From the NCBI GenBank assembly GCA_030040825.1, contig JASHSY010000092.1, forward strand, positions 1 through 30,172: 30,172 nucleotides of DNA. Reading direction: 5' to 3'. The notes under the pieces were generated by a model. It searched no databases, was not told the DNA's origin, and saw only the letters and a program-made list of their open reading frames with translations. Positions 1 through 8,787 of the stretch are shown piece by piece. The DNA is from Xanthobacteraceae bacterium. GTDB taxonomy: Bacteria > Pseudomonadota > Alphaproteobacteria > Rhizobiales > Xanthobacteraceae. Both the position numbers and the translations under genes were made by a program. Every line of letters begins with the position of its first letter. Within the stretch, counting starts at the first letter, position 1.

Positions 1-1
1 G

Positions 2-658
2 ATCGGCGTAGCGCTGCAATGGGCGTTGTATCGGACCGGGCCCGGCACCAGTAACGTCGCCGAAGCCGGCGCTTTCATCATCAGCCGGCTCGGTGCGAGC
101 CTTGATGGAAATCTTGGCGCCGCGACGCCCGACATCCAGTATCATTTCATCCCGGCGCAGGTGGTCGATCACGCCCGTACCAGGCTCGACGGTTACGGCG
201 TTACGCTGCACGCCTGTGGTCTGCGGCCGCAAAGCCGCGGCGAAATTCGGCTGGCCTCGGCCGATCCGCTGCAGCCGGCGGTGATCGATCCGAACTACCT
301 TGCGTCGGACTACGATCTGAAAATCCTGATCGACGGCATCCGGCGCGGGCGCGACATCCTGACTGCGCCCGCGCTCCGGCCATGGCTCGGCGCGGAGCGG
401 ATACCCGGGTCGGCGATGCAATCGAATGCCGAACTCGAAGCCTTCGTCCGGGCCGCCGCGGAGACGGAGTATCACCCGGTCGGCACTTGCAAGATGGGCA
501 GCGATCCAATGGCAGTGGTGGACGACCAATTACGCGTGCGCGGTGTCGACGGCCTGCGGGTGATCGATGCGTCGATCATGCCGACCTTGGTCAGCGGTAA
601 TACCAACGCGCCGACCATCATGATCGCAGAGAAGGGCGCCGCGATGATGCTGAGCTGA
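2..658 (+). CDS. GMC (choline dehydrogenase-like) oxidoreductase, C-terminal part; 5' end lies outside the window
   Basis: Frame is open from base 2. It carries the GMC C-terminal motifs [24 protein letters not shown] and [13 protein letters not shown]. Confidence 0.93.
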   Translation: MGVALQWALYRTGPGTSNVAEAGAFIISRLGASLDGNLGAATPDIQYHFIPAQVVDHARTRLDGYGVTLHACGLRPQSRGEIRLASADPLQPAVIDPNYLASDYDLKILIDGIRRGRDILTAPALRPWLGAERIPGSAMQSNAELEAFVRAAAETEYHPVGTCKMGSDPMAVVDDQLRVRGVDGLRVIDASIMPTLVSGNTNAPTIMIAEKGAAMMLS

Positions 659-670
659 AGGATGTTAGTG

Positions 671-722
671 GAGCATGATCTTTTCGGAAAACCGGCTTCC
701 ACTTTTCCGGATCATGCTCTAG
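671..722. repeat. Short palindromic REP-like intergenic element
   Basis: Terminal inverted repeat GAGCATGATC (671-680)/GATCATGCTC (710-719), inner CGGAAAA (685-691)/TTTTCCG (703-709), ending in CTAG. It matches a repeat I recall as widespread in Hyphomicrobiales (not searched). Confidence 0.8.
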
Positions 723-1393
723 CCCGGCAATTCAAGCCGGTAGTCGTAAGGCGCGCTCGGTGCGTATTCACCGGCATAGGCGCGCTTGAGCAAGTCCTTG
801 GTCTTGACGCCTTTGGCGCGCGCTTCGACCATCCGCGCGGGCACGACAAATTTGCCGATCGGGTCGGCTTTGAAGTCGGGCGACTCGCGCATCCACTTGG
901 TGGACTTTTTCCAGTTGCCGAACGCGTCGGCCTGTAGCTCGACGCTGTTGCCGTCCGGATCGACGTAATAGAAAGAGAGCGTCATGCCATGATGCACGGC
1001 GACGTGCGGCTCGTAGCCGAATTCGTCGCGCAGCCGCTGCCAGGTATCGAGCAGGTCGTCGACGGTGTCGTATTCGAACGCCAGATGATGCATACCGGCG
1101 GTGGTGCGGAATTCGGGGTTGTCACGGAAATTCGGACTGCCGGCGAGCGAAATGCGGTGATTGGCGTCGTCGTTGCTGAGGAAAGCGATGCCGGGTGCGT
1201 AGAAATTGGGCGCGGTCCCGACCACGTCCGCGTACCACTGAATCATCTCGTGCATGCGCGGGGTTTTCAGCAGTGCGTGATGGAATACCGGTCGCTTGAA
1301 CGAGGCTTTCGCTGTCGCCGCCTTGCGCGGGGACGCTCTTTTCTTGGCAACCACGCGCTTGGTCGGCTTCTTTGTTGTCTTCGAGTTTTTCAC
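719..1393 (-). CDS. VOC/glyoxalase (extradiol dioxygenase-like) family protein with a Lys-rich N-terminal tail
   Basis: Motifs FHHALLKT, GMHHLAFEY and SFYYVDPDGNSVELQ. GGAG lies 9 nt upstream of the GTG start. Confidence 0.85.
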   Translation of the reverse strand: MKNSKTTKKPTKRVVAKKRASPRKAATAKASFKRPVFHHALLKTPRMHEMIQWYADVVGTAPNFYAPGIAFLSNDDANHRISLAGSPNFRDNPEFRTTAGMHHLAFEYDTVDDLLDTWQRLRDEFGYEPHVAVHHGMTLSFYYVDPDGNSVELQADAFGNWKKSTKWMRESPDFKADPIGKFVVPARMVEARAKGVKTKDLLKRAYAGEYAPSAPYDYRLELPG

Positions 1394-1417
1394 CGGGAGG
1401 GTCTCCGCTGATGCATT

Positions 1418-2578
1418 TTACAGGCTACGAGCGATCAAAAGCTTCATAATCTCGTTGGTGCCGGCGAAGATGCGCATGACGCGTGCGTCGCGATAGATGC
1501 GCGAGATCGGATACTCGTCCATGTAGCCATAGCCGCCGAACAATTGTAGGCAGCGGTCGGCGATCTTGCCGAGAAGATCGGTGTGCCAGTATTTCGCCAT
1601 CGAAGCGGTCGTGGTGTCGAGCTCGCTCTTGAGGTGCCGCTCGATGCAATTATCGAGGAACACCTTGGCGATAGTCGCTTCCGCCTTGCACTCGGCCAGC
1701 ACGAACTGGGTGTTCTGAAAATCGATAATTTTCTTGCCGAAGGCTTGCCGCTCTTTGACGTAGTCGATGGTGAGCGCGAGCGCGCGCTCGATCATGGCAA
1801 CCGCTTGGGTGGAAACGATGAGCCGCTCCTGCGGCAGTTCCTTCATCAGTTGATAGAAGCCCTGGCCTTCTTCGATGCCGAGCAGAGCTTCCGCCGGCAG
1901 CGCCACCTCCTCGAAGAACAATTCCGAGGTGTCGGCGGAATCCATGCCGAGCTTCTTCAGCTTGCGGCCGCGGCGGAAACCGTGCGCGTCGTCGGTCTCG
2001 ACCACCATCAGCGAGACGCCCTTGGAGCCCTGCTTCGGATCGGTCTTGGCGACGACAATGATCAGGTTGGCGTGCTGCCCGTTGGTGATGAAAGTCTTCG
2101 AGCCGTTGAGCACGTAACCGTTGCCGGAACGGCGTGCGGTGGTGCGCACGCCCTGCAAATCCGAGCCGGTACCCGGCTCGCTCATGGCGATGGCGCCGAC
2201 CATTTCACCGGACGCGAGTTTCGGCAGCCAGCGCCGCTTCTGCTCTTCGGTGCCGTAATGCAGGATGTAGGGCGCGACAATGCCGGAATGCAGCGGCGCG
2301 CCATTGGTGTCGAAGCCGGCGAGCGAATATTCGCGGTTGATCACCGCCTCATGGGCGAAGGTGCCGCCGGCGCCGCCATATTCTTCCGGCATTGCGGCGC
2401 AGAGGAGACCAGCCTGGCCGGCCTTGGTCCACACGTCGCGCGGATAAAAATGGTCCTCGTGCCATTGGTCCAAATGCGGGACGAATTCGCTGGCAATAAA
2501 GCGGCGCGCCTGGTCTTCGAGGAGCACCAAGTCTTCGGTCATCCAGGCCGGACGCGGCAAGTTCAGGATGTCGGTCAT
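1418..2578 (-). CDS. Acyl-CoA dehydrogenase
   Basis: Motifs GAIAMSEPGTGSDLQG, LNGSKTFITNG, QLFGGYGYMDEYPI and IFAGTNEIMK; full length (386 aa). Confidence 0.96.
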   Translation of the reverse strand: MTDILNLPRPAWMTEDLVLLEDQARRFIASEFVPHLDQWHEDHFYPRDVWTKAGQAGLLCAAMPEEYGGAGGTFAHEAVINREYSLAGFDTNGAPLHSGIVAPYILHYGTEEQKRRWLPKLASGEMVGAIAMSEPGTGSDLQGVRTTARRSGNGYVLNGSKTFITNGQHANLIIVVAKTDPKQGSKGVSLMVVETDDAHGFRRGRKLKKLGMDSADTSELFFEEVALPAEALLGIEEGQGFYQLMKELPQERLIVSTQAVAMIERALALTIDYVKERQAFGKKIIDFQNTQFVLAECKAEATIAKVFLDNCIERHLKSELDTTTASMAKYWHTDLLGKIADRCLQLFGGYGYMDEYPISRIYRDARVMRIFAGTNEIMKLLIARSL

Positions 2579-2641
2579 TGTGCGTGCGAACCCTTACAGA
2601 ATGGGCGTCCGTTACTTCTCCCCAGTCCGGTCGATTGTTGT

Positions 2642-2718
2642 TGGCGCGCCCGAAGAGATTCGAACTCCTGACCCCCAGATTCGTAGTCTGGTGCTCTATC
2701 CAGCTGAGCTACGGGCGC
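2642..2718 (-). tRNA. tRNA-Arg(ACG), 77 nt with encoded CCA
   Basis: Minus strand reads GCGCCCGTAGCTCAGCTGGATAGAGCACCAGACTACGAATCTGGGGGTCAGGAGTTCGAATCTCTTCGGGCGCGCCA. Anticodon arm is CCAGA-CTACGAA-TCTGG; T-loop is TTCGAAT. Confidence 0.98.
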
Positions 2719-2729
2719 CTCAGAAGGCG

Positions 2730-2758
2730 TAGCTAAAGCCTTCGCCGCTCATTGGCAA
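2730..2758 (-). promoter_or_regulatory. Candidate sigma70 promoter of the tRNA-Arg gene
   Basis: TTGCCA-N17-TAGCTA, ending 11 nt before the tRNA 5' end. A -10 element lacking the last T is common in Alphaproteobacteria. Confidence 0.55.
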
Positions 2759-2837
2759 GGCGCATTAAGCTTACGCTCAGCGCGGCAACCGCTATGTTAT
2801 AAGCGGATACCACACTGGTCGTAACGGCAGATACAGG

Positions 2838-4292
2838 ATGTGGCGACCACCACAACGCATTCGCTACGAGGCGACCGCCGGGCGCGTACCGTCGGCGGCG
2901 GAAGCTGCTGCTTCGCGTCTGTTTTCCCCGGTTGATGTCGGGCCGCTGAAGCTTGAGCAACGGACCTGGGTTCCCGCCATGGTGCCGTGGCGGGCAACCG
3001 AAGAAGGCTACGTCACCGAGGAGGTGATCGACTGGTACGCGCGCTTTGCGCGCGGCATGCCGGGCGCCATCGTGCTCGAAGCGACCGGCATCCGCGACGT
3101 GCCGAGCGGTCCGCTGTTGCGCATCGGCCACGATCGCTTCTTGCGGGGATTGCGCCGCCTGGTCGACACCGTACGGCAGGCAAGCGAAGGCCGAACGCGC
3201 TTGTTCGTGCAGCTGATCGACTTTCTTGCAGTCCGTCGCCGCCCCGAGGCGAAGAAATTCCTCGACCGCTTCCTTGTCGTGACCGAGGCGCATCGCGCGG
3301 CGCTGGGCGCACCGGACCTGACCGAGGTGGAAGTGCGCGCCCGGCTGATGGCGCTCAGCGAGGACGAGCTGAAGCAGGTGTTGGCGCCCGATGAGTGGGA
3401 GGCGCTTCAATACGGTTACCGCGAGCGTGTCAACGACATGCATCTGCCGCACATCCGTGATTTGCCCCAGGTGCTACCGGGATTGTTTGCCGAAGCGGCC
3501 ATGCGCGCCGAAGCTGCGGGCTTTGACGGTGTCGAACTGCACTATGCGCACGCCTATACGATGTCGTCGTTTCTCTCGCGCACCAACAAACGCACCGACG
3601 GCTATGGCGGTTCGCTGGAAAACCGCGCCCGGCTGCCGCTCGAAGTCTTGGCCGAGATTCGTCGTCGCGTGAGCAAAAAATTCGCTGTCGGCGTTCGTTT
3701 CCTAGCCGACGAGTGCATCGCCGGCGGCAGCGATGTCGGCGACGCAAGCTATTTTGCCGTCGCCTTTGCCCGCGCCGGCGTCGATTTCATCTCGCTGTCG
3801 CGCGGCGGGAAATTCGACGATGCCAAGCAGCCATCGGTCGGCGACGCGGTCTACCCCTACACTGGGCGCAGCGGCTACGAATGCATGCCGCAATTTATTT
3901 CCGACGAACGCGGGCCGTTCGGCCGGAACGCCGAGCCGACGGCGGCGATCCGCAAGGCGGTACGTGATGCCGGCGGTCAGGTTCCGATTGTTTGCACCGG
4001 CGGCATTCACAACTTCGAAATGGCCGAGGATTATTTGGCACGCGGGTTGTGCGACATCGTGGGGGCCGCACGGCAATCGCTGGCCGACCCCGACTGGTTC
4101 CGCAAAATCCGGCTCGGTCTCGGCAACGACGTTCGGGTCTGCGAATATACCAATTACTGCGAAGGGCTCGATCAGAAGCACAAGCCGGTTACCTGCCAGC
4201 TTTGGGACAAGCTTCCGTCGTCCGCCGGCGAACGGCGCACCCCCGACGGCAAGCGCCGTATGACCGCGCCGGCCTGGAAACCGCCGGAATAA
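2838..4292 (+). CDS. NADH:flavin oxidoreductase, Old Yellow Enzyme family
   Basis: Motifs AGFDGVELHYAHAY, NKRTDGYGGSLENRAR and GAARQSLADPDW, plus a C-terminal Cys cluster. Confidence 0.92.
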   Translation: MWRPPQRIRYEATAGRVPSAAEAAASRLFSPVDVGPLKLEQRTWVPAMVPWRATEEGYVTEEVIDWYARFARGMPGAIVLEATGIRDVPSGPLLRIGHDRFLRGLRRLVDTVRQASEGRTRLFVQLIDFLAVRRRPEAKKFLDRFLVVTEAHRAALGAPDLTEVEVRARLMALSEDELKQVLAPDEWEALQYGYRERVNDMHLPHIRDLPQVLPGLFAEAAMRAEAAGFDGVELHYAHAYTMSSFLSRTNKRTDGYGGSLENRARLPLEVLAEIRRRVSKKFAVGVRFLADECIAGGSDVGDASYFAVAFARAGVDFISLSRGGKFDDAKQPSVGDAVYPYTGRSGYECMPQFISDERGPFGRNAEPTAAIRKAVRDAGGQVPIVCTGGIHNFEMAEDYLARGLCDIVGAARQSLADPDWFRKIRLGLGNDVRVCEYTNYCEGLDQKHKPVTCQLWDKLPSSAGERRTPDGKRRMTAPAWKPPE

Positions 4293-4339
4293 ATATTCCG
4301 GCCCGGACGACGCGGGCTATCACGCGAGAAAATCGAAAG

Positions 4340-4435
4340 GGTGGCATTGTGCTGTCGTGGCCGCGCTCCATCGACGGCATGCGGCAGTTTCAGACCGAGA
4401 CATTCCCGCCGGTGCGACAGGCCGGCTTGCGCTGA
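4340..4435 (+). pseudogene. Possible 3' relic of an LLM-class flavin-dependent monooxygenase gene
   Basis: The intergenic frame reads GGIVLSWPRSIDGMRQFQTETFPPVRQAGLR*, which resembles the C-terminus of luciferase-like monooxygenases as I recall them. There is no intact upstream gene. Confidence 0.3.
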
Positions 4436-4440
4436 CGAAT

Positions 4441-5913
4441 TCAGGCCCGCGCGCGTGCGCCGCGGCGCGCGCTCAGTTCCACCGCACGATCCGGAATGGT
4501 GATACGCAGCGTGGCGCCGATGGTACCCTCGACGAGGCGAATTTCGCCGCCATGCGCACGCACAAGCTCGGCAGCGATGGCAAGCCCGAGGCCGGTGCCG
4601 CCGGTGCGCGTCGAGCCCTGGAAGGCTTCGAACAGATGCGCCTGCGCCTTTTCCGAGAAACCGGGCCCGGTGTCGGAGACCTCGATCACGACCACAGCGC
4701 CCTCGCGCCGGCCAGTGACCCGGATCTGATCCCGTCCGGGATCGCGCGAAGCGCGGCTTTCCAGCGCCTGCAGGGCGTTGCGCGAAAGGTTCAGCAGAAT
4801 GCGGTAGAGCTGCTCGTAGTCGGCCTCCACCGTCAGTCCGCGCTCGACCGCGCTGATCCAGCGGATCGGGCCGTCCGGTGAGAGACCGAGCGTCTCGTGC
4901 ACTTCCTCGACCAGCGGCTCAAGCAGGATCGGCTTGCGTTCGGGCGGCGGCTCCTGCAGGCGTCCGTAAGACAACGTCGATTCGCAAAAGGCGATGGCAC
5001 GCTCCAGCGCGCGCATCAGCTTGGGCGCAAAACGCTGTACGTTCGGATCGGGCAGCGCCAACAGGCGGTCGGAGATAAGCTGCGCCGAACCGAGCAGGTT
5101 GCGCAGATCATGATTGATTTTCGATACGGCAAGGCCCAGCGCGGCGAGTCGATTTTTCTGATGCAGCATCGAGGCGAGCTCCGCCTGCATGGTCGCGAGC
5201 TCGCGTTCGGCGATGCCGATCTCGTCTGCCCGCGTCGATGAGACGATGATGCGGTCGGAGTTTTCCGGATCGGCGCGAAAGGCGATCATGTTAGCGGTCA
5301 CCCGGCGCATCGGGCGTACGAACAAATAGTGCAGCGTCAGATACACCAGCACCGCGGTGATGGCGGAAATCAGCAGTGAAATCAGCAACAGATCGACAGA
5401 ATAGCGCAGCAACGCTTTGCGCAGCGGCGGCTCGTCCAAAATGATTTCGACGTAGTCGCCGCCCATCGGCGCCGGGCCGACGACGCGCATTACCTTTTTG
5501 GCGGTTTTGCCGTCGAACATGAGCATGAACGCGTCAATAATTGAGTCGAATTCATGGACCTGGCGCATGTCGAAGTCGTGGGTAATCGGCGGTGGCGTGT
5601 CGCCGACGGCGAGCAGGCGGCGCTGCGTCCCCATCTTCATGGCGACCGCGCGTGCGCCGATCGAGTCGAGTATCTGCTTGGCGAGTTTGTCCGAAACCAT
5701 CCCGTTCGGTGCGGCGTCAAGGACCAGCGCGGCGGTGTAGGCGCTGGCCAGTCGGTCTCTGAGCCAGTTGACGCGGAAATTGGCGACCAGCGGAACATAA
5801 ATCAGTACTTCCCCGAGCATCACGAACAGGATCGTGAGGACGAGGAGCTTTCCCGAAAGCCCAAAGCGTGGCGCGCGGACCAGGGCTGGTCGCGCGGCTT
5901 GATCATCGTTCAT
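4441..5913 (-). CDS. Membrane sensor histidine kinase (2 TM, HAMP, HisKA, HATPase)
   Basis: H-box SKINHDLRN, N-box LLNLSRNA, G1 SDTGPGF, G2 GGTGLGLAIA. Start is set at MNDD (5913); the upstream extension in the ORF track looks non-coding. Confidence 0.93.
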   Translation of the reverse strand: MNDDQAARPALVRAPRFGLSGKLLVLTILFVMLGEVLIYVPLVANFRVNWLRDRLASAYTAALVLDAAPNGMVSDKLAKQILDSIGARAVAMKMGTQRRLLAVGDTPPPITHDFDMRQVHEFDSIIDAFMLMFDGKTAKKVMRVVGPAPMGGDYVEIILDEPPLRKALLRYSVDLLLISLLISAITAVLVYLTLHYLFVRPMRRVTANMIAFRADPENSDRIIVSSTRADEIGIAERELATMQAELASMLHQKNRLAALGLAVSKINHDLRNLLGSAQLISDRLLALPDPNVQRFAPKLMRALERAIAFCESTLSYGRLQEPPPERKPILLEPLVEEVHETLGLSPDGPIRWISAVERGLTVEADYEQLYRILLNLSRNALQALESRASRDPGRDQIRVTGRREGAVVVIEVSDTGPGFSEKAQAHLFEAFQGSTRTGGTGLGLAIAAELVRAHGGEIRLVEGTIGATLRITIPDRAVELSARRGARARA

Positions 5914-6181
5914 CAAGCAAAACCTTGTGCGGCAACGCCTGCGACGCAACCGGCCCATGATGCGACGCGTGCGCGGTCTCGTCAAACCACGGTAGAAATA
6001 GGGGGTGGCGGCACATCTTCCCCCTCTGCCTAGCTTGAATTTGGACAGGGAGCCGCCAGACCGGGAAGCCCGGATATCCTGCTTTTCGCTGACCGCCGGT
6101 GTTCAGGGGATAAAATCGAAGGCCTAGAGTCCCACGGCGGTCGCGCCAAAGATGCCGCCGGCTCACGGCTTCGGCGTCGCA

Positions 6182-6210
6182 TTGACGAGGCAGAGGGGCT
6201 CCCGTATAAG
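6182..6210 (+). promoter_or_regulatory. sigma70 promoter of the rpmH-rnpA-yidC operon
   Basis: TTGACG-N17-TATAAG, 66 nt upstream of the rpmH start. Confidence 0.8.
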
Positions 6211-6276
6211 CCGCGCCAATTGCGCCAGCCGCGCAAAATTTACGTCAACAAGCAGCGCGCAGCGGAGACGGATCCC

Positions 6277-6411
6277 GTGAAACGAACCTATCAGCCGAGC
6301 AAGTTGGTCCGTAAACGCCGGCACGGTTTTCGCACACGCATGGCAACCAAGGGCGGCCGCAAGGTTCTGGCGGCGCGACGCGCGCGCGGGCGCAAGCGGC
6401 TCAGTGCGTGA
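6277..6411 (+). CDS. rpmH: 50S ribosomal protein L34
   Basis: [44 protein letters not shown] (44 aa), with a GTG start after GGAGA. Confidence 0.99.
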   Translation: MKRTYQPSKLVRKRRHGFRTRMATKGGRKVLAARRARGRKRLSA

Positions 6412-6874
6412 TCAGGACGCCCGTTCCGTCGTCGTTGAGCGGCTGAAACGCCGGAATGATTTTCGTGCCGCTGCGAAGGGTTTGCGCGCCTCGGGGCGCG
6501 CTTTCGTGTTGCAGGCGCGGCGACGCGCCGAAACCGGAGTGCCTCGTATCGGCTTTACCGTATCGCGCCAGGTCGGCAATGCGGTGGAACGCAACCGGGT
6601 GCGCCGACGCCTGCGCGAGATGGTGCGCATTTCGGCCGCCACCGGAGCCGGCCGGTTGTACCCCGGTCACGATTACGTAGTGATCGGAAGACGGGCCGCG
6701 CTCGCGGCGCCGTTTAGCGAGATGATGCATGAACTTGGCGCGGCGCTTACCCATATTCACGCCCAAGCTGCCGACGATCCTGTGCGCCGCGGAACTGGTG
6801 ATGGCCGCCGCGGCCCCTTACATCAAGCGAGGCCGATGACCCGGCAAAAACCGCGACCCGGCCGTGGCGGGTAA
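6404..6874 (+). CDS. rnpA: Ribonuclease P protein component
   Basis: [25 protein letters not shown] (RNR motif); position between rpmH and yidC. Confidence 0.97.
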   Translation: MRDQDARSVVVERLKRRNDFRAAAKGLRASGRAFVLQARRRAETGVPRIGFTVSRQVGNAVERNRVRRRLREMVRISAATGAGRLYPGHDYVVIGRRAALAAPFSEMMHELGAALTHIHAQAADDPVRRGTGDGRRGPLHQARPMTRQKPRPGRGG

Positions 6875-6892
6875 TCGGCGAAAGAGCGCTCA

Positions 6893-8773
6893 ATGATCGA
6901 ACACAAAAACACCATCCTGGCCGTCGTTTTGTCGCTCATCGTCGTGGTCGGCTGGCAATATTTCATCGGCTATCCGCAGATGCAAAAGCAGCGCCAGGAG
7001 CAACTGCTCAAACAGCAGGAGCAGGCGAAGCAAAAGCCCGAACAGCAGGCCGGCGCGACGCCGAGCCCTACTACTCCTTCCGCGCCGGCTACGCCATCCG
7101 GCGCGCCGGCACCGCCGAACGCGGCCGGCAGCGCGCCGCGCGCGCAGACCAGCGAAGCAGCGGTCGCGGCGTCGCCTCACGTTGCGATCAATACGCCGCG
7201 GCTGAACGGCAGCATCGATTTGAAAGGCGCCCGCATCGACAACCTCTCGCTCGTGCAATATCGCGAGACAATCGACCCTCATTCGCCGCCGATCGTGCTG
7301 TTCTCGCCGTCGGGATCGCCTGACGCTTATTACGCCGAATTCGGCTGGGTACCCGCATCGGGGACGACGCAGAAACTGCCGGGGCCCGACACGGTATGGA
7401 AGCAGGACGGCAACGGCGCGCTCAGCGTGGACCATCCTGTGACATTAACGTACGACAACGGTGACGGACTGGTGTTCCGCCGTACCATCGCGGTCGACGA
7501 TCGTTATCTCTTCACCATTAAGGACGAGGTCCAGAACAAGAGTAACGCTCCGGTCGCGCTGTTTCCCTACGGGCTGATTTCGCGCCACGGCACGCCGAAG
7601 GTTCTGGGCTATTACATTCTACATGAAGGCCTGGTCGGCGTGATGGGCAATCAGGGCGAGCAGGAAGAAACCTATAAAAAGATCGACAGCAAAAAAAACG
7701 AAAGTTGGGACGCAACCGACGTCTGGCTTGGCTTTACCGACAAATACTGGGCGTCGGCATTGCTGCCGGACACCGATGCCAAGGTGCATGCGCGATTTTC
7801 CGCCGGCGAGTCCGGCGGCCAAAAGACCTACCAGACCGATTATCTGCTTGATGCGGTGAATGTGGCGCCGGGCGCGACCGGCACCGCCGACGCCCGGTTG
7901 TTTGCGGGCGCCAAGGAAGTGTCGGTGGTCGGCATAAACTTTCCGCTGACCGGCCTCGGCGGCTACAATCAGGCGCTCCACCTCAATCATTTCGATTTGT
8001 TGATCGATTGGGGCTGGTTCTATTTCATCACCAAGCCGATGTTCCTCGCTCTCGACTTCTTCTTCCATTTGGTTGGCAATTTCGGCATCGCCATTCTGAT
8101 CGTCACCGTGCTGGTGAAGCTCCTGTTCTTCCCGCTCGCCAACAAGTCGTACGCCTCGATGGCGAAGATGAAGGCAGTGCAGCCGGAAATGACCATGATC
8201 CGTCAGCGCTTCGCCGACGACAAGATGAAGCAGCAGCAGGCGATGATGGAGTTATACAAAAAAGAGAAGATCAATCCGGTAGCCGGCTGCCTGCCTATAG
8301 CGTTGCAGATTCCGGTATTCTTCTCGCTCTACAAAGTGCTGTTCATCACCATCGAGATGCGGCACGCGCCGTTCTATGGCTGGATCCACGATCTCTCTGC
8401 GGCCGACCCAACCAACGTCTTTACGCTGTTTGGGCTCATCCCCGTCAATCCGACCGTGCTGCCGCTGTTCGGCAGTTTCTTGCACCTCGGCATTTGGCCG
8501 CTGATCATGGGCGTTACCATGTGGGTGCAGATGAAGCTCAATCCGCCGCCGCCCGATCCGACCCAGCAGATAATCTTCAACTGGATGCCGCTGATCTTCA
8601 CCTTCATGCTTGGCAGCTTCCCGGCAGGGCTGGTGATTTACTGGGCGTGGAACAATACGCTCTCGGTGACGCAGCAGAGCGTGATCATGCACAGGCACGG
8701 CGCTAAAATCGTGCTATTCGACAACCTCAAGCGTACCTTTATCAGGGCGAAGCCAAAACAGCCGGCGGAGTAA
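6893..8773 (+). CDS. yidC: Membrane protein insertase YidC
   Basis: N-terminal TM segment and periplasmic domain; motifs IDWGWFYFITKP, GCLPIALQIPVFF and YWAWNNTLS. Confidence 0.98.
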   Translation: MIEHKNTILAVVLSLIVVVGWQYFIGYPQMQKQRQEQLLKQQEQAKQKPEQQAGATPSPTTPSAPATPSGAPAPPNAAGSAPRAQTSEAAVAASPHVAINTPRLNGSIDLKGARIDNLSLVQYRETIDPHSPPIVLFSPSGSPDAYYAEFGWVPASGTTQKLPGPDTVWKQDGNGALSVDHPVTLTYDNGDGLVFRRTIAVDDRYLFTIKDEVQNKSNAPVALFPYGLISRHGTPKVLGYYILHEGLVGVMGNQGEQEETYKKIDSKKNESWDATDVWLGFTDKYWASALLPDTDAKVHARFSAGESGGQKTYQTDYLLDAVNVAPGATGTADARLFAGAKEVSVVGINFPLTGLGGYNQALHLNHFDLLIDWGWFYFITKPMFLALDFFFHLVGNFGIAILIVTVLVKLLFFPLANKSYASMAKMKAVQPEMTMIRQRFADDKMKQQQAMMELYKKEKINPVAGCLPIALQIPVFFSLYKVLFITIEMRHAPFYGWIHDLSAADPTNVFTLFGLIPVNPTVLPLFGSFLHLGIWPLIMGVTMWVQMKLNPPPPDPTQQIIFNWMPLIFTFMLGSFPAGLVIYWAWNNTLSVTQQSVIMHRHGAKIVLFDNLKRTFIRAKPKQPAE

Positions 8774-8787
8774 GGTACGGAATAGCC

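Noticed and set aside
2642-2670. tRNA-Arg 3' end as a possible integration site
   Set aside because: I saw no second copy of the tRNA 3' end and no integrase in the window.
1583-2671. 362-aa ORF antisense to the acyl-CoA dehydrogenase
   Set aside because: Shadow frame of a well-supported high-GC gene; no recognisable motifs.
6875-6892. No yidD between rnpA and yidC
   Set aside because: The gap is only 18 bp, and a direct rnpA-yidC junction is normal for this group as far as I know.
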